From assembly GCF_003790525.1 (NCBI RefSeq), contig NZ_CP033635.1: a DNA stretch of 64,000 nt; one strand, given 5' to 3'. The notes beneath the pieces are model-generated. The model searched no databases. It worked only from the letters and a program-made list of their open reading frames with translations, and was not told the origin of the DNA. The position numbers were made by a program, and so were the translations under genes. The DNA is from Escherichia coli (lineage in GTDB: Bacteria > Pseudomonadota > Gammaproteobacteria > Enterobacterales > Enterobacteriaceae). This document shows, piece by piece, positions 11,754-24,060 of the stretch; the first letter of the stretch is position 1, and each line of letters starts with the position of its first letter.

Positions 11754-12398
11754 ATGGCTCGCACAAAACTGAAATTCCGGCTGCATCGGGCAGTGATTGT
11801 CCTGTTCTGTCTCGCCTTGTTAGTGGCGCTGATGCAGGGGGCGTCATGGTTTAGTCAAAACCACCAGCGACAGCGTAATCCACAGCTGGAAGAACTGGCC
11901 CGCACCCTGGCGCGTCAGGTAACGCTGAATGTTGCACCGCTGATGCGTACCGACTCACCGGATGAAAAACGTATTCAGGCGATCCTTGATCAGTTAACGG
12001 ATGAAAGCCGCATCCTCGACGCGGGCGTGTATGACGAACAAGGCGATCTTATCGCCCGTTCTGGCGAAAGCGTCGAAGTGCGCGACCGGTTGGCGCTCGA
12101 CGGTAAAAAAGCGGGCGGCTATTTTAACCAGCAGATTGTCGAACCCATTGCGGGTAAAAACGGACCGCTCGGCTATCTGCGCCTGACGCTCGACACCCAT
12201 ACGCTCGCCACCGAAGCCCAACAGGTGGATAACACCACTAACATTTTACGCCTGATGTTGCTGCTCTCGCTGGCAATCGGCGTAGTGCTGACCCGTACGC
12301 TGCTACAGGGTAAACGCACCCGCTGGCAGCAATCGCCCTTCCTGTTAACCGCCAGCAAACCGGTGCCGGAAGAGGAAGAAAGCGAGAAAAAAGAGTGA
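11754..12398 (+). CDS. ytjB: Inner-membrane protein YtjB (Smp)
   Basis: 214-aa ORF MARTKLKFRLHRAVIVLFCLALL; matches YtjB. Confidence 0.85.
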   Translation: MARTKLKFRLHRAVIVLFCLALLVALMQGASWFSQNHQRQRNPQLEELARTLARQVTLNVAPLMRTDSPDEKRIQAILDQLTDESRILDAGVYDEQGDLIARSGESVEVRDRLALDGKKAGGYFNQQIVEPIAGKNGPLGYLRLTLDTHTLATEAQQVDNTTNILRLMLLLSLAIGVVLTRTLLQGKRTRWQQSPFLLTASKPVPEEEESEKKE

Positions 12399-12425
12399 CC
12401 CATTACTACAAGAAAGGAAATCGTT

Positions 12426-13442
12426 ATGTCCACATTACGCCTGCTCATCTCTGACTCTTACGACCCGTGGTTTAACCTGGCGGTGGAAGAGTGTATTTTT
12501 CGCCAGATGCCCGCCACGCAGCGCGTTCTGTTTCTCTGGCGCAATGCCGACACCGTGGTGATTGGTCGCGCACAGAACCCGTGGAAAGAGTGTAATACCC
12601 GGCGGATGGAAGAAGATAACGTCCGCCTGGCGCGGCGCAGCAGCGGTGGCGGCGCGGTGTTCCACGATCTCGGTAATACCTGCTTTACCTTTATGGCTGG
12701 CAAGCCGGAGTACGATAAAACTATCTCCACGTCGATTGTGCTCAATGCTCTGAACGCGCTCGGCGTCAGCGCCGAAGCGTCCGGCCGTAACGATCTGGTG
12801 GTGAAAACCGCCGAAGGCGACCGCAAAGTCTCAGGCTCAGCCTATCGCGAAACTAAAGATCGCGGCTTCCATCATGGCACCTTGCTACTCAATGCTGACC
12901 TTAGCCGTCTGGCAAACTATCTCAACCCGGATAAAAAGAAACTGGCGGCGAAAGGCATTACGTCGGTACGTTCCCGCGTGACCAACCTCACCGAGCTGCT
13001 GCCGGGGATCACCCATGAGCAGGTTTGCGAGGCCATAACCGAGGCCTTTTTCGCCCATTATGGCGAGCGCGTGGAAGCGGAAATCATCTCCCCGGACAAA
13101 ACGCCAGACTTGCCGAACTTCGCCGAAACCTTTGCCCGTCAGAGTAGCTGGGAGTGGAACTTCGGTCAGGCTCCGGCGTTCTCGCATCTGCTGGATGAAC
13201 GCTTCACCTGGGGCGGCGTGGAACTGCATTTCGACGTTGAAAAAGGCCATATCACCCGCGCCCAGGTGTTTACCGACAGCCTCAACCCCGCACCTCTGGA
13301 AGCTCTCGCCGGGCGACTGCAAGGCTGCCTGTACCGCGCGGATATGCTGCAACAGGAGTGCGAAGCGCTGTTGGTTGACTTCCCGGAACAGGAAAAAGAG
13401 CTACGGGAGTTGTCGACGTGGATAGCGGGGGCGGTAAGGTAA
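12426..13442 (+). CDS. lplA: Lipoate-protein ligase A
   Basis: 338-aa [32 protein letters not shown]; matches LplA. Confidence 0.95.
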   Translation: MSTLRLLISDSYDPWFNLAVEECIFRQMPATQRVLFLWRNADTVVIGRAQNPWKECNTRRMEEDNVRLARRSSGGGAVFHDLGNTCFTFMAGKPEYDKTISTSIVLNALNALGVSAEASGRNDLVVKTAEGDRKVSGSAYRETKDRGFHHGTLLLNADLSRLANYLNPDKKKLAAKGITSVRSRVTNLTELLPGITHEQVCEAITEAFFAHYGERVEAEIISPDKTPDLPNFAETFARQSSWEWNFGQAPAFSHLLDERFTWGGVELHFDVEKGHITRAQVFTDSLNPAPLEALAGRLQGCLYRADMLQQECEALLVDFPEQEKELRELSTWIAGAVR

Positions 13443-13473
13443 CTCACTGATTTAAATATCCAGGGAAGGAAAT

Positions 13474-13737
13474 ATGATCGATCTGGAAAACCAGGAACGG
13501 GAGATTATCAATTTAATGTTCAGCCAGGGTATATCCTGGCTAACCGCCGTGCGTATCAGGCATAAACTATCACTTGCTGAAGTAAGTAAAATGTTAGGTA
13601 TCTCCATTAATTCTCTAAAACAGATCGAAAAGACGGAACGGCTTAGTTCAAACATCAAAAGCAAAATGGCAGGAATTTATGGTTGTCCACCAGAGTTGCT
13701 GATATGCCCTTCCTGGATGACGGCTGAACATAAATGA
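13474..13737 (+). CDS. Small XRE-family helix-turn-helix protein (87 aa), not recognised as a K-12 gene
   Basis: ORF with RBS AGGGAAGGA 7 nt upstream of ATG; HTH-like segment LSLAEVSKMLGISINSLKQIEKTE. Confidence 0.5.
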   Translation: MIDLENQEREIINLMFSQGISWLTAVRIRHKLSLAEVSKMLGISINSLKQIEKTERLSSNIKSKMAGIYGCPPELLICPSWMTAEHK

Positions 13738-13835
13738 ATAGATTCGTGAATAGATACTTGAATGGATTTTATTTTCTATCCATATGAAAAATAATAGTAA
13801 ATCTATAAATCAGTTGCTATTGATGAATAGATACT

Positions 13836-13866
13836 AAAAAGCCGGAGCAGTCTCCCGCTCCGGCTT
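13836..13866 (-). terminator. Rho-independent terminator downstream of deoD (end of deo operon)
   Basis: Inverted repeat GCCGGAGC...GCTCCGGC followed on the minus strand by a T-run (plus strand AAAAA at 13836-13840). Confidence 0.65.
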
Positions 13867-13897
13867 CACAAGGCAATCGCCTTTCAGCGAAACACAA

Positions 13898-14617
13898 TTA
13901 CTCTTTATCGCCCAACAGAACGGATTCCAGTGCGATTTTGATCATGTCGTTGAAGGTGGTCTGACGCTCAGCGGCAGTGGTCTGCTCGTGAGTGCGGATG
14001 TGGTCAGACACGGTGCAGATGGTCAGGGCTTTCGCGCCAAATTCTGCAGCGACGCCGTAGATACCAGCTGCTTCCATTTCCACGCCGAGGATGCCGTATT
14101 TTTCCATCACGTCGAACATTTCGCCGTCCGGAGAGTAAAACAGGTCAGCGGAGAACAGGTTACCAACGCGAGCATCAATGCCCAGTGCTTTAGCTGCATC
14201 TACCGCGTTACGCACCATGTCAAAGTCAGCGATAGCGGCAAAGTCATGGTCTTTAAAACGGATACGGTTAACTTTGGAATCGGTGCAGGCACCCATACCG
14301 ATAACGACGTCGCGCAGTTTTACGTGCGGCAGAACAGCGCCACAGGAGCCTACGCGGATAATTTTCTTCACGCCGAAATCGGTGATCAGTTCTTTGGTGT
14401 AGATGGAGCAGGACGGGATACCCATACCGTGCCCCATTACGGAAATTTTGCGGCCTTTGTAAGTACCGGTGAAGCCCAGCATACCGCGAACGTTGTTCAC
14501 TTCACGGGCATCTTCAAGGAAAGTTTCAGCAATATACTTCGCACGCAGCGGGTCGCCTGGCATCAAAACTACGTCAGCGAAATCGCCCATTTCTGCATTA
14601 ATGTGTGGGGTAGCCAT
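13898..14617 (-). CDS. deoD: Purine nucleoside phosphorylase DeoD
   Basis: ORF track 13898..14674; conserved start [33 protein letters not shown]. Confidence 0.95.
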
Positions 14618-14673
14618 TGTTTTATCCTTTTTGTGACATAACAAAGGCGGAGTCAACGCTCCGCCCAAATCCA

Positions 14674-15918
<1,245 letters not shown>

Positions 15919-15948
15919 TCAAATTTAAATGATCAGATCAGTATACCG

Positions 15949-17271
15949 TTATTCACTGATACGACGATAGACAGTTGGTGTGCTTTCCGGTGCTTTATCG
16001 GCAAGTTTAATTGCCGCTTTCACCGCTTTCGCCGCTTCCTGCCAGCTGTTTTCGTCTTTCGCGTGGATAACTGCCAGCGGACGCTGACCGTCTACCTGGT
16101 CGCCCAGACGCGCCATATCAGTAAAGCCGACGCTGTAATCGATGGTGTCAGATGCCTGACGGCGTCCGCCGCCCATTGCAACCACTGCCATCCCCAGCGC
16201 GCGGGTATCCATTTCACTGACAAACCCTTCGGTATCAGCATAGACTGCTTTCGTCAGCATCGCTGTCGGCAGATACTTCGCGTAGTTCTCAACGAAGTCA
16301 GTCGGGCCTTTTTGTGCCGCTACCATACGACCAAAGACTTCTGCCGCTTTACCGTTGTCCAGCACCGCCTGCAATTTCGCGCGCGCTTCGGCGTCATCTT
16401 TCGCCAGTTTGCCGGAGATAAGCATCTCTACGCACAGCGCCATTGTGACATCAAACAGACGCGGGTTACGATACTCACCCGTCAGGAACTGCACCGCTTC
16501 ACGAACTTCAACCGCGTTACCTGCACTGGAGGCCAGTACCTGATTCATATCGGTGAGCAGCGCGGTGGTACGCACGCCAGCGCCGTTAGCTACGCCAACA
16601 ATCGCTTCGGCAAGGGCTTCAGAAAGTTCGTAGGTCGGCATAAACGCGCCGCTACCCACTTTCACGTCCATCACCAGCGCATCCAGACCTTCCGCCAGTT
16701 TCTTCGCCAGGATCGAGGCAGTGATCAGCGGGATGGAGTCCACGGTTGCGGTAATATCACGGGTCGCGTAGAAACGTTTATCCGCCGGAGCCAGTGAGCT
16801 GGTCTGACCGATAATCGCCACGCCGACGTCTTTAATAATTTCGCGGAAACGGTTGTCATCCGGGAAAATGTCGAAGCCAGGGATGGATTCCAGTTTGTCG
16901 AGCGTACCGCCAGTATGACCGAGGCCGCGACCGGAGATCATCGGAATATAGCCGCCACAGGCAGCGACCATCGGCCCCAACATCAGCGAAGTCACATCGC
17001 CGACACCGCCGGTCGAGTGTTTATCAACAATCGGGCCATTCAGATGCAGGCTTTTCCAGTCGAGAACGGTTCCTGAATCTCGCATCGCCATGGTCAGCGA
17101 GACACGCTCAGGCATTGTCATATCGTGGAAGAAAATGGTCATCGCGAGGGCGGCAATCTGCCCTTCGGAGATAGTGTTGTCGCGAATGCCGTTGATAAAG
17201 AAACGAATTTCTTCATCACTCAGCGCATGACCATCACGTTTTTTACGAATAATTTCTTGTGCGAGAAACAA
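15949..17271 (-). CDS. deoA: Thymidine phosphorylase DeoA
   Basis: ORF track 15949..17340; probable TTG start (GGGAGGTTACC TTG TTT CTC GCA) giving (M)[20 protein letters not shown]. Confidence 0.9.
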
Positions 17272-17348
17272 GGTAACCTCCCGTGGAAAAGAGACGAGGT
17301 AATCGGGGAACCGGATGAGCATCGCTGCATCATCCGGCAAATCAAGCC

Positions 17349-18128
17349 TTAGTAGCTGCTGGCGCTCTTACCGTCGCCGTGGCCCAGAGCTTTCAGCAGG
17401 CTTGCCAGCAAGCTGGAAGCACCAAAGCGGTAGTGACGCGCATCAGCCCAGTCAGCACCGAACAGTTCATCGGCGATGGAGAGATATTTCTGCGCATCTT
17501 CCGCAGTACGCACGCCGCCCGCCGGTTTGAAACCAACGGTTTTTTCTACGCCCATATCGCGGATCACTTCCATCATGATGCGCGCGCTTTCCGGCGTCGC
17601 ATTCACAGCCACTTTACCGGTAGAGGTTTTGATGAAGTCAGCACCCGCTTTGATGGAGATTTCAGACGCTTTACGGATCAGCGCTTCGTCTTTCAGTTCT
17701 CCGGTTTCAATAATCACTTTCAGCAGGACGTTCGCCGCAGCGCAAGCCTCTTTACAGGCTTTCACCAGGTCAAAACCAACCTGCTCGTTACCCGCCATCA
17801 GCGCGCGGTACGGGAACACCACGTCAACTTCATCGGCACCGTAGGCGATTGCCGCACGGGTTTCTGCCAGCGCGATTTCGATGTCGTCGTTACCGTGTGG
17901 GAAGTTAGTTACCGTAGCGATACGGATTTCCGGGGTGCCCTGCTCTTTCAGAGTTTTGCGAGCAATCGGGATAAAGCGAGGATAGATACAGATAGCGGCG
18001 GTATTGCCGACCGGAGTTTTGGCCTGATGACACAGGGCGATCACTTTCTCATCGGTGTCGTCGTCATTCAGGGTGGTCAGGTCCATCAATTTCAGTGCAC
18101 GCAGGCTGCTTGCTTTCAGATCAGTCAT
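17349..18128 (-). CDS. deoC: Deoxyribose-phosphate aldolase DeoC
   Basis: ORF track 17349..18152; conserved start [33 protein letters not shown]. Confidence 0.95.
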
Positions 18129-18172
18129 TTCATTCTCCTGGCTTGTCGCCAATAAAATTCACCTTGCGAGTT

Positions 18173-18188
18173 TGTTAGTATTCTAACA
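18173..18188. promoter_or_regulatory. DeoR operator O2 at deo promoter P2
   Basis: 16-bp near-palindrome TGTTAGTATTCTAACA about 45 bp upstream of deoC start. Confidence 0.7.
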
Positions 18189-18192
18189 TCTA

Positions 18193-18280
18193 CTCCGCAA
18201 CACACTTCGATGTACATCACAATTAAGGAAATCTACTTACAAGTTTGCATCACTGTAATGCGATCTGGTTCAAATAATTC
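18193..18280. promoter_or_regulatory. deoP2 CRP/CytR control region (approximate)
   Basis: Minus-strand reads TTGTGATGTACATCGAAGTGTGTT and TTTGAACCAGATCGCATTACAGTGATGCA, resembling the tandem CRP sites of deoP2; boundaries approximate. Confidence 0.45.
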
Positions 18281-18385
18281 ACTTTCAAATGAATGCGTCA
18301 GTGGTGGCAAACGCATCAGGATCAAAGTGAACATCACGAAACTTCTTACAATGGCGCATCACCTTCGGCATAAAAGGAAAAGAAG

Positions 18386-19936
18386 ATGCCCACTTCTCAT
18401 GAAAATGCACTGCAACAACGTTGCCAGCAAATTGTCACCAGCCCGGTACTTAGCCCGGAGCAGAAGCGCCATTTTCTGGCACTGGAAGCAGAAAACAATC
18501 TGCCTTACCCCGCGTTGCCTGCCGAAGCCCGCCGCGCACTGGATGAGGGTGTAATCTGCGATATGTTTGAAGGTCATGCGCCGTACAAACCGCGCTATGT
18601 CTTACCCGATTACGCCCGTTTTCTGGCGAACGGTTCCGAATGGCTGGAGCTGGAAGGCGCGAAAGATCTTGATGACGCACTCTCTCTGCTGACCATTCTT
18701 TACCACCACGTACCGTCGGTCACATCGATGCCGGTCTACCTGGGGCAACTGGATGCGTTGTTGCAACCGTATGTTAGAATTCTAACACAAGACGAGATCG
18801 ATATTCGAATAAAACGTTTCTGGCGTTACCTCGACAGAACCCTGCCAGACGCCTTTATGCACGCCAATATCGGCCCGTCTGATTCGCCCATCACCCGTGC
18901 AATCTTACGTGCAGATGCAGAGCTGAAGCAGGTTTCACCAAACCTGACCTTTATCTACGATCCTGAAATCACCCCTGATGACCTGCTGCTGGAAGTGGCG
19001 AAGAACATCTGTGAATGTAGCAAACCGCACATCGCCAACGGTCCGGTGCATGATAAAATTTTCACAAAAGGGGGCTACGGGATTGTGAGCTGTTACAACT
19101 CACTGCCGCTGGCGGGTGGTGGCAGCACGCTGGTACGCCTAAACCTGAAAGCCATTGCCGAGCGCAGTGAATCGCTGGAGGACTTCTTTACGCGCACTCT
19201 ACCGCACTACTGCCAACAGCAGATCGCCATCATCGATGCGCGGTGTGAATTCCTCTATCAACAATCACACTTCTTTGAGAATAGCTTCCTGGTGAAAGAA
19301 GGGCTGATTAACCCTGAACGTTTTGTGCCAATGTTTGGCATGTACGGACTGGCGGAAGCAGTTAACTTACTGTGTGAGAAAGAAGGAATTGTCGCACGTT
19401 ACGGTAAAGAAGCCACCGCAAATGAAGTGGGTTATCGCATCAGCGCGCAACTGGCGGAGTTTGTCGCCAATACCCCTGTGAAATATGGCTGGCAAAAACG
19501 CGCCATGTTACACGCACAGTCGGGGATCAGTTCCGATATCGGCACCACGCCGGGCGCGCGTTTACCATATGGCGATGAGCCAGATCCGATTACCCATCTG
19601 CAAACTGTCGCGCCGCATCATGCTTATTATTATTCCGGCATCAGCGACATTCTGACGCTCGACGAAACCATCAAACGTAATCCGCAGGCGCTGGTACAGC
19701 TTTGCCTCGGTGCCTTTAAAGCCGGAATGCGTGAATTTACCGCCAATGTCAGCGGTAACGATCTGGTTCGCGTTACCGGTTATATGGTGCGTTTGTCGGA
19801 TTTAGAAAAATATCGCGCCGAAGGTTCACGCACCAACACCACCTGGCTGGGAGAAGAAGCCGCACGCAACACTCGTATTCTGGAACGTCAGCCGCGCGTG
19901 ATAAGCCATGAACAGCAGATGCGCTTTAGTCAGTAA
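18386..19936 (+). CDS. yjjI: Glycine-radical-enzyme-like protein YjjI
   Basis: 516-aa [45 protein letters not shown]; matches YjjI. Confidence 0.9.
   Translation: MPTSHENALQQRCQQIVTSPVLSPEQKRHFLALEAENNLPYPALPAEARRALDEGVICDMFEGHAPYKPRYVLPDYARFLANGSEWLELEGAKDLDDALSLLTILYHHVPSVTSMPVYLGQLDALLQPYVRILTQDEIDIRIKRFWRYLDRTLPDAFMHANIGPSDSPITRAILRADAELKQVSPNLTFIYDPEITPDDLLLEVAKNICECSKPHIANGPVHDKIFTKGGYGIVSCYNSLPLAGGGSTLVRLNLKAIAERSESLEDFFTRTLPHYCQQQIAIIDARCEFLYQQSHFFENSFLVKEGLINPERFVPMFGMYGLAEAVNLLCEKEGIVARYGKEATANEVGYRISAQLAEFVANTPVKYGWQKRAMLHAQSGISSDIGTTPGARLPYGDEPDPITHLQTVAPHHAYYYSGISDILTLDETIKRNPQALVQLCLGAFKAGMREFTANVSGNDLVRVTGYMVRLSDLEKYRAEGSRTNTTWLGEEAARNTRILERQPRVISHEQQMRFSQ
18772..18787. promoter_or_regulatory. 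DeoR operator O1 (deo promoter P1), located inside the yjjI reading frame
   Basis: Perfect 16-bp palindrome TGTTAGAATTCTAACA, centre about 599 bp from the O2 palindrome. Confidence 0.7.
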
Positions 19937-20771
19937 GATTATCCCCTTCTCCTGCGTTGACGGGCCAGGCAGTCGTCTGGCTCTGTTTTTGCAGGGCTGC
20001 AATCTGCGCTGCAAAAACTGTCACAATCCGTGGACGATGGGGCGCTGTAATGATTGCGGAGAGTGCGTGCCGCAGTGTCCGCATCAGGCGTTGCAGATTA
20101 TCGAAGGCAAAGTGGCGTGGAGCGCGGCTGTTTGCGAGCAATGTGATACCTGCCTGAAGATGTGCCCGCAACATGCCACGCCAATGGCGCAATCCATGAG
20201 CGTGGACGAGGTGCTTAACCATGTCCGCAAAGCGGTGCTGTTTATTGAAGGGATAACGGTAAGCGGCGGCGAAGCCACGACCCAGTTGCCGTTTGTGGTG
20301 GCGCTGTTTACTGCCATCAAAAACGATCCGCAACTGTGCCATCTCACCTGCCTCGTGGACAGTAACGGCATGTTGAGCGAAACCGGCTGGGAAAAATTGC
20401 TCCCGGTGTGTGACGGCGCAATGCTCGATCTCAAAGCGTGGGGGAGCGAATGTCATCAGCAATTAACCGGACGCGATAATCAGCAGATCAAGCGCAGCAT
20501 CTGTTTGCTGGCAGAGCGCGGTAAGCTGGCGGAACTGCGTTTGCTGGTAATCCCTGGCCAGGTGGATTATTTGCAACACATCGAAGAACTGGCGGCGTTA
20601 ATCAAGGGACTTGGCGATGTTCCGGTACGCCTGAACGCGTTTCATGCCCACGGCGTGTATGGCGAGGCGCAAAGCTGGCCGAGCGCCACGCCGGAGGATG
20701 TGGAACAACTGGCTGATGCGTTACGGGAGCGCGGGGTGAGTCGGTTAATATTTCCGGCGCTATATTTGTGA
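19908..20771 (+). CDS. yjjW: Radical-SAM glycyl-radical-enzyme activase YjjW
   Basis: 287-aa ORF with cysteine-rich motifs CKNCHNPW and [12 protein letters not shown]; overlaps yjjI end by 29 nt. Confidence 0.85.
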   Translation: MNSRCALVSKIIPFSCVDGPGSRLALFLQGCNLRCKNCHNPWTMGRCNDCGECVPQCPHQALQIIEGKVAWSAAVCEQCDTCLKMCPQHATPMAQSMSVDEVLNHVRKAVLFIEGITVSGGEATTQLPFVVALFTAIKNDPQLCHLTCLVDSNGMLSETGWEKLLPVCDGAMLDLKAWGSECHQQLTGRDNQQIKRSICLLAERGKLAELRLLVIPGQVDYLQHIEELAALIKGLGDVPVRLNAFHAHGVYGEAQSWPSATPEDVEQLADALRERGVSRLIFPALYL

Positions 20772-20800
20772 CATGCCGGATGTGGCCTACGAAGGGCAAA

Positions 20801-21583
20801 CTACCCACGCATGTTAAACACCTCATTCGTATTATTAAGCAACACTTCGGCAATCTCATCCGCGGGTTCCGGTCGTAACTCGCATAGCACAGCAAACACA
20901 CGGGCTGCCTGTTCAGGGCGATTAGGCTGCCCCTGAAAACCATTGAGCGGCATATCTGGTGCGTCGGTTTCCAGCAACAACGATGCCAGCGGCAGTTTTG
21001 CGATGACATCGCGGGTTTTACTGGCGCGTGGATAGGTGATAGTACCGCCTACGCCGATTTTGTAGCCCAGCTGTACAAACCGTTCAGCCTGTTGCTGGCT
21101 GCCAGAAAATCCGTGGACAACACCAGCACGCGATAAATCGTGGCGTTTAAGATGCATCGCCAGTTTGTCGTGCGTGCGCCGTGAATGCAGGATCACCGGC
21201 AGATCGTAGCGTTTCGCCAGTTTCAGTTGTTCATCAAGCAACCACTGCTGCCTCTCAAATTGCGGATCGTCACCAAAGAGATCCAGGCCGATCTCCCCCA
21301 CCGCCACCACCTTCGCCGGATGCCTTTCCAGCGCCTGCTGTAGCTGATCAAGAGACACATCGCTATGTTTTTCCAACATACCAGGATGCAAGCCCAATGC
21401 GGCATACAGCGGTTGATATTTTTCCGCTAACGCCTGCACGCGGGCAAAATTTTCCGCCTCTGTCGCCGGAACAATGATCTTGCCTACGCCAGCTTGTGCC
21501 GCACGTTGCAGGCTGGCCTCTTCATCGCCACTAAACGGCGGGAAATCAAAATGGCAGTGGGTGTCGATAAAACGGCAAATCAA
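20801..21583 (-). CDS. yjjV: TatD-family metal-dependent hydrolase YjjV
   Basis: 260-aa ORF MICRFIDTHCHFDFPPF (TatD HxH motif). Confidence 0.9.
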   Translation of the reverse strand: MICRFIDTHCHFDFPPFSGDEEASLQRAAQAGVGKIIVPATEAENFARVQALAEKYQPLYAALGLHPGMLEKHSDVSLDQLQQALERHPAKVVAVGEIGLDLFGDDPQFERQQWLLDEQLKLAKRYDLPVILHSRRTHDKLAMHLKRHDLSRAGVVHGFSGSQQQAERFVQLGYKIGVGGTITYPRASKTRDVIAKLPLASLLLETDAPDMPLNGFQGQPNRPEQAARVFAVLCELRPEPADEIAEVLLNNTNEVFNMRG

Positions 21584-22653
21584 GCCAGATCCTCATTGTT
21601 AAATGTCGGGTCGTTCGCCTGCGGAGCGTCGCTCACTTCGGCAACCAACGTATCGTTGGCGACTGGCGCAGGCGGAATAACGATCGACTCCGGCGTCACC
21701 ACCGGCACCAGATGGCGGCTCAGCGGCGCTTTTTCAGTCAATAATTTACCGACCGTTGCCAGAAAATAACGCCCACATAAACGCCCAAGTTTATAGTCTT
21801 CACGCAGCGCCGGAATCCGACTGCCGAGCGCAATACTATGCAATGGCTTCGGCGGATAAATTTCGAATATCCGCAGCTGGCCCGGTGGTTTCTCAATAAA
21901 TTGCTGAATCTCACGATAGCTGGTTTCATGATGCTGCACCAGATTGACCAGCGGCTGCAGGCTACTGTCACCCAGCCAGCGTTCCATGCGTTTGAACCAC
22001 TGCGGCGTGTAGTACATTTGTGACGGCACAGTGCGGATGACGACCAACGTTTTTGCTCCCTGCCTTGCCGCCTCTTTAACCGGGATCGCATCACTGATCC
22101 CGCCATCCAGGTAGTTAATGCCTTCCAGCGACACTCCGCTACGATAAAAGCCAGGTATCGCACTGGAGGCGCGAATCACATCCAGCCAGTTTTGTTTGGT
22201 TGGTAAAAAGTAATTCGGCGCGTAGTCATCCTGACGACAGGCGCACATATAAAACGATTTGCCGCTGTCAAACAACCGCGCGGCGGTATCCATTTGCAAC
22301 GGCATCTGGCTTGCGGTGGCCTCCACCAGCCAGTCGAGATCGATAAGATTTCCTCCACGGACAAAGCGCAATGGATCGAAAAATTCGCGTTTTGTGGTAT
22401 AGCGCATGATGACTTTGCGCGCGTAACCGGGCTGATTACAGATATACGCCGAGAGGTTCTGCGCCCCGGCAGATGTGCCGAGATAAAGATCGAAAGGATT
22501 AAACTGCGCGCGCATAAACTCATCCAGCACGCCAGCCGTGAAAATTCCACGCTGTCCGCCGCCTTCGCACACCAGAGCAATCCGTCCAGGCTGGAACGGC
22601 CTTAGCGACAACGGCGCAATATTACCAAGCGTTACAGGTATTCGCTGCCCCAC
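21580..22653 (-). CDS. yjjU: Patatin-like phospholipase YjjU
   Basis: ORF track 21580..22689; probable GTG start at (M)GQRIPVTLGNIAPL; patatin motifs GGGQRG and GTSAG. Confidence 0.85.
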   Translation of the reverse strand: MGQRIPVTLGNIAPLSLRPFQPGRIALVCEGGGQRGIFTAGVLDEFMRAQFNPFDLYLGTSAGAQNLSAYICNQPGYARKVIMRYTTKREFFDPLRFVRGGNLIDLDWLVEATASQMPLQMDTAARLFDSGKSFYMCACRQDDYAPNYFLPTKQNWLDVIRASSAIPGFYRSGVSLEGINYLDGGISDAIPVKEAARQGAKTLVVIRTVPSQMYYTPQWFKRMERWLGDSSLQPLVNLVQHHETSYREIQQFIEKPPGQLRIFEIYPPKPLHSIALGSRIPALREDYKLGRLCGRYFLATVGKLLTEKAPLSRHLVPVVTPESIVIPPAPVANDTLVAEVSDAPQANDPTFNNEDLA

Positions 22654-22774
22654 CTCTGCCTTCCTGTTTTTGTTGTGAAAGAATGACAAAGTAACGCAAT
22701 TTATTATTCGCTAAAACCGCAAAAGCCAGTCCGCTGGACTGGCTTTGGATAAAATTTTCTTAATGGTCTGAAAT

Positions 22775-22936
22775 CTAGGGTCGTTTTCGGCCCATGAACA
22801 AACTCACCAGGAACAGAATAATCCCGACGACAAAGACAATTTTAGCTGCGCCTGCAGCAGTACCGGCCAGACCACCAAACCCAAGTGCGGCGGCGATTAA
22901 CGCGATAACCAGAAATATGATGCCCCAACGAAACAT
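22775..22936 (-). CDS. ytjA: Small membrane protein YtjA (DUF1328)
   Basis: ORF track 22775..22966; conserved start [25 protein letters not shown]. Confidence 0.8.
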
Positions 22937-23062
22937 AAGCGTCTCCTTTACCATAGTTAATGTCACCGCTTGATATGAGCGTGAAAATCACTCAATGCGA
23001 TATTTTTAGTGTGGCGCACATCGCGCCTCCCGACAAAGTTCGGGAGATCGAATTACGACGAA

Positions 23063-23668
23063 TTACTTAGTTTTCAGATCATTTTTAACGCTTTTCACAC
23101 CATCTACCGCTTTGGCGATACTTTCAGCACGGTCGCTCTGTGCCTGAGAATCTACGGTACCGGAGAGCTGGACCACGCCATCGGTGGTTTCAACTTTCAC
23201 ATGACGGGAAGGGACGATATCGTCCGCCAGCAGTTTGGCTTTGATTTCACTGGTGGTGGCGGTGTCACCCGCGTAGCCTTTCACAGAACTTTCTTTAGCG
23301 TCGCGAACGTGCAGTTTGTCGCTGACAGAGGTCACGCCTTCAACGCCTTTCGCCACTTTCACTGCCTCTTCGGCCTGGGCCTGGCTTTCAACGAAACCGC
23401 TCAGGGTCACGACTTTTTGATCGGTTTTGACAGAGATATCGGTGCTCTTGATGTTGTCATGATCCACCAGGGCCGCCTTCACTTTCGCGGTGATGGCGCT
23501 GTCATCCATGAAATTACCGACTTTATTCATAGAGCTATCGACTTTTTGCCCTGCGCTTTCATTGGTAGTCTGCGCGTTGTTTTCCGCGTAGGCAGAGCCG
23601 GTCGCGACGGCAGAGGTCAACATTACAGCCAGCAAAGTTTTCGAAATCTTCAGTCTTGTCATAGTCAT
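23063..23668 (-). CDS. osmY: Osmotically inducible periplasmic protein OsmY (two BON domains)
   Basis: ORF track 23063..23746; conserved start [28 protein letters not shown]. Confidence 0.95.
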   Translation of the reverse strand: MTMTRLKISKTLLAVMLTSAVATGSAYAENNAQTTNESAGQKVDSSMNKVGNFMDDSAITAKVKAALVDHDNIKSTDISVKTDQKVVTLSGFVESQAQAEEAVKVAKGVEGVTSVSDKLHVRDAKESSVKGYAGDTATTSEIKAKLLADDIVPSRHVKVETTDGVVQLSGTVDSQAQSDRAESIAKAVDGVKSVKNDLKTK

Positions 23669-24060
23669 CGATTTATTCCTGTATGTTTGCTCGTAATTTG
23701 AGCCTGGCAACACGAGGTTGCATTGCTGAATAGGGAGAGACTTCACCCTCTACAAAAGTCAATGGCCGCCATCACAAAAGCGATGGGTGATGAATAACGA
23801 CCATTACAGCCTCTGAATCAGTTATTAATATCGGTAGAATGACAATCGACGGCTTTAGATACTGATATCTACGCATTGAACGGTATTTAACGCCGTCAGA
23901 AATGTCATTACTTTGTTAAATATAGATCACAATTTTGAAACCGCTCGGGATATCAGCGAAAACATAAGCAAAAGTGAATGTTTTAAGAACATTCCGTAAG
24001 CGGCTAATAAGGAAGGAAAATTGACAGGGCGCAGCGGCTACCGCGCCCTGGAGGCAAGAA

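Noticed and set aside
18800-19100. Search for the third DeoR operator (OE) upstream of O1
   Set aside because: No convincing TGTTAGAA-type palindrome found by eye in the expected interval; not reported as a feature.
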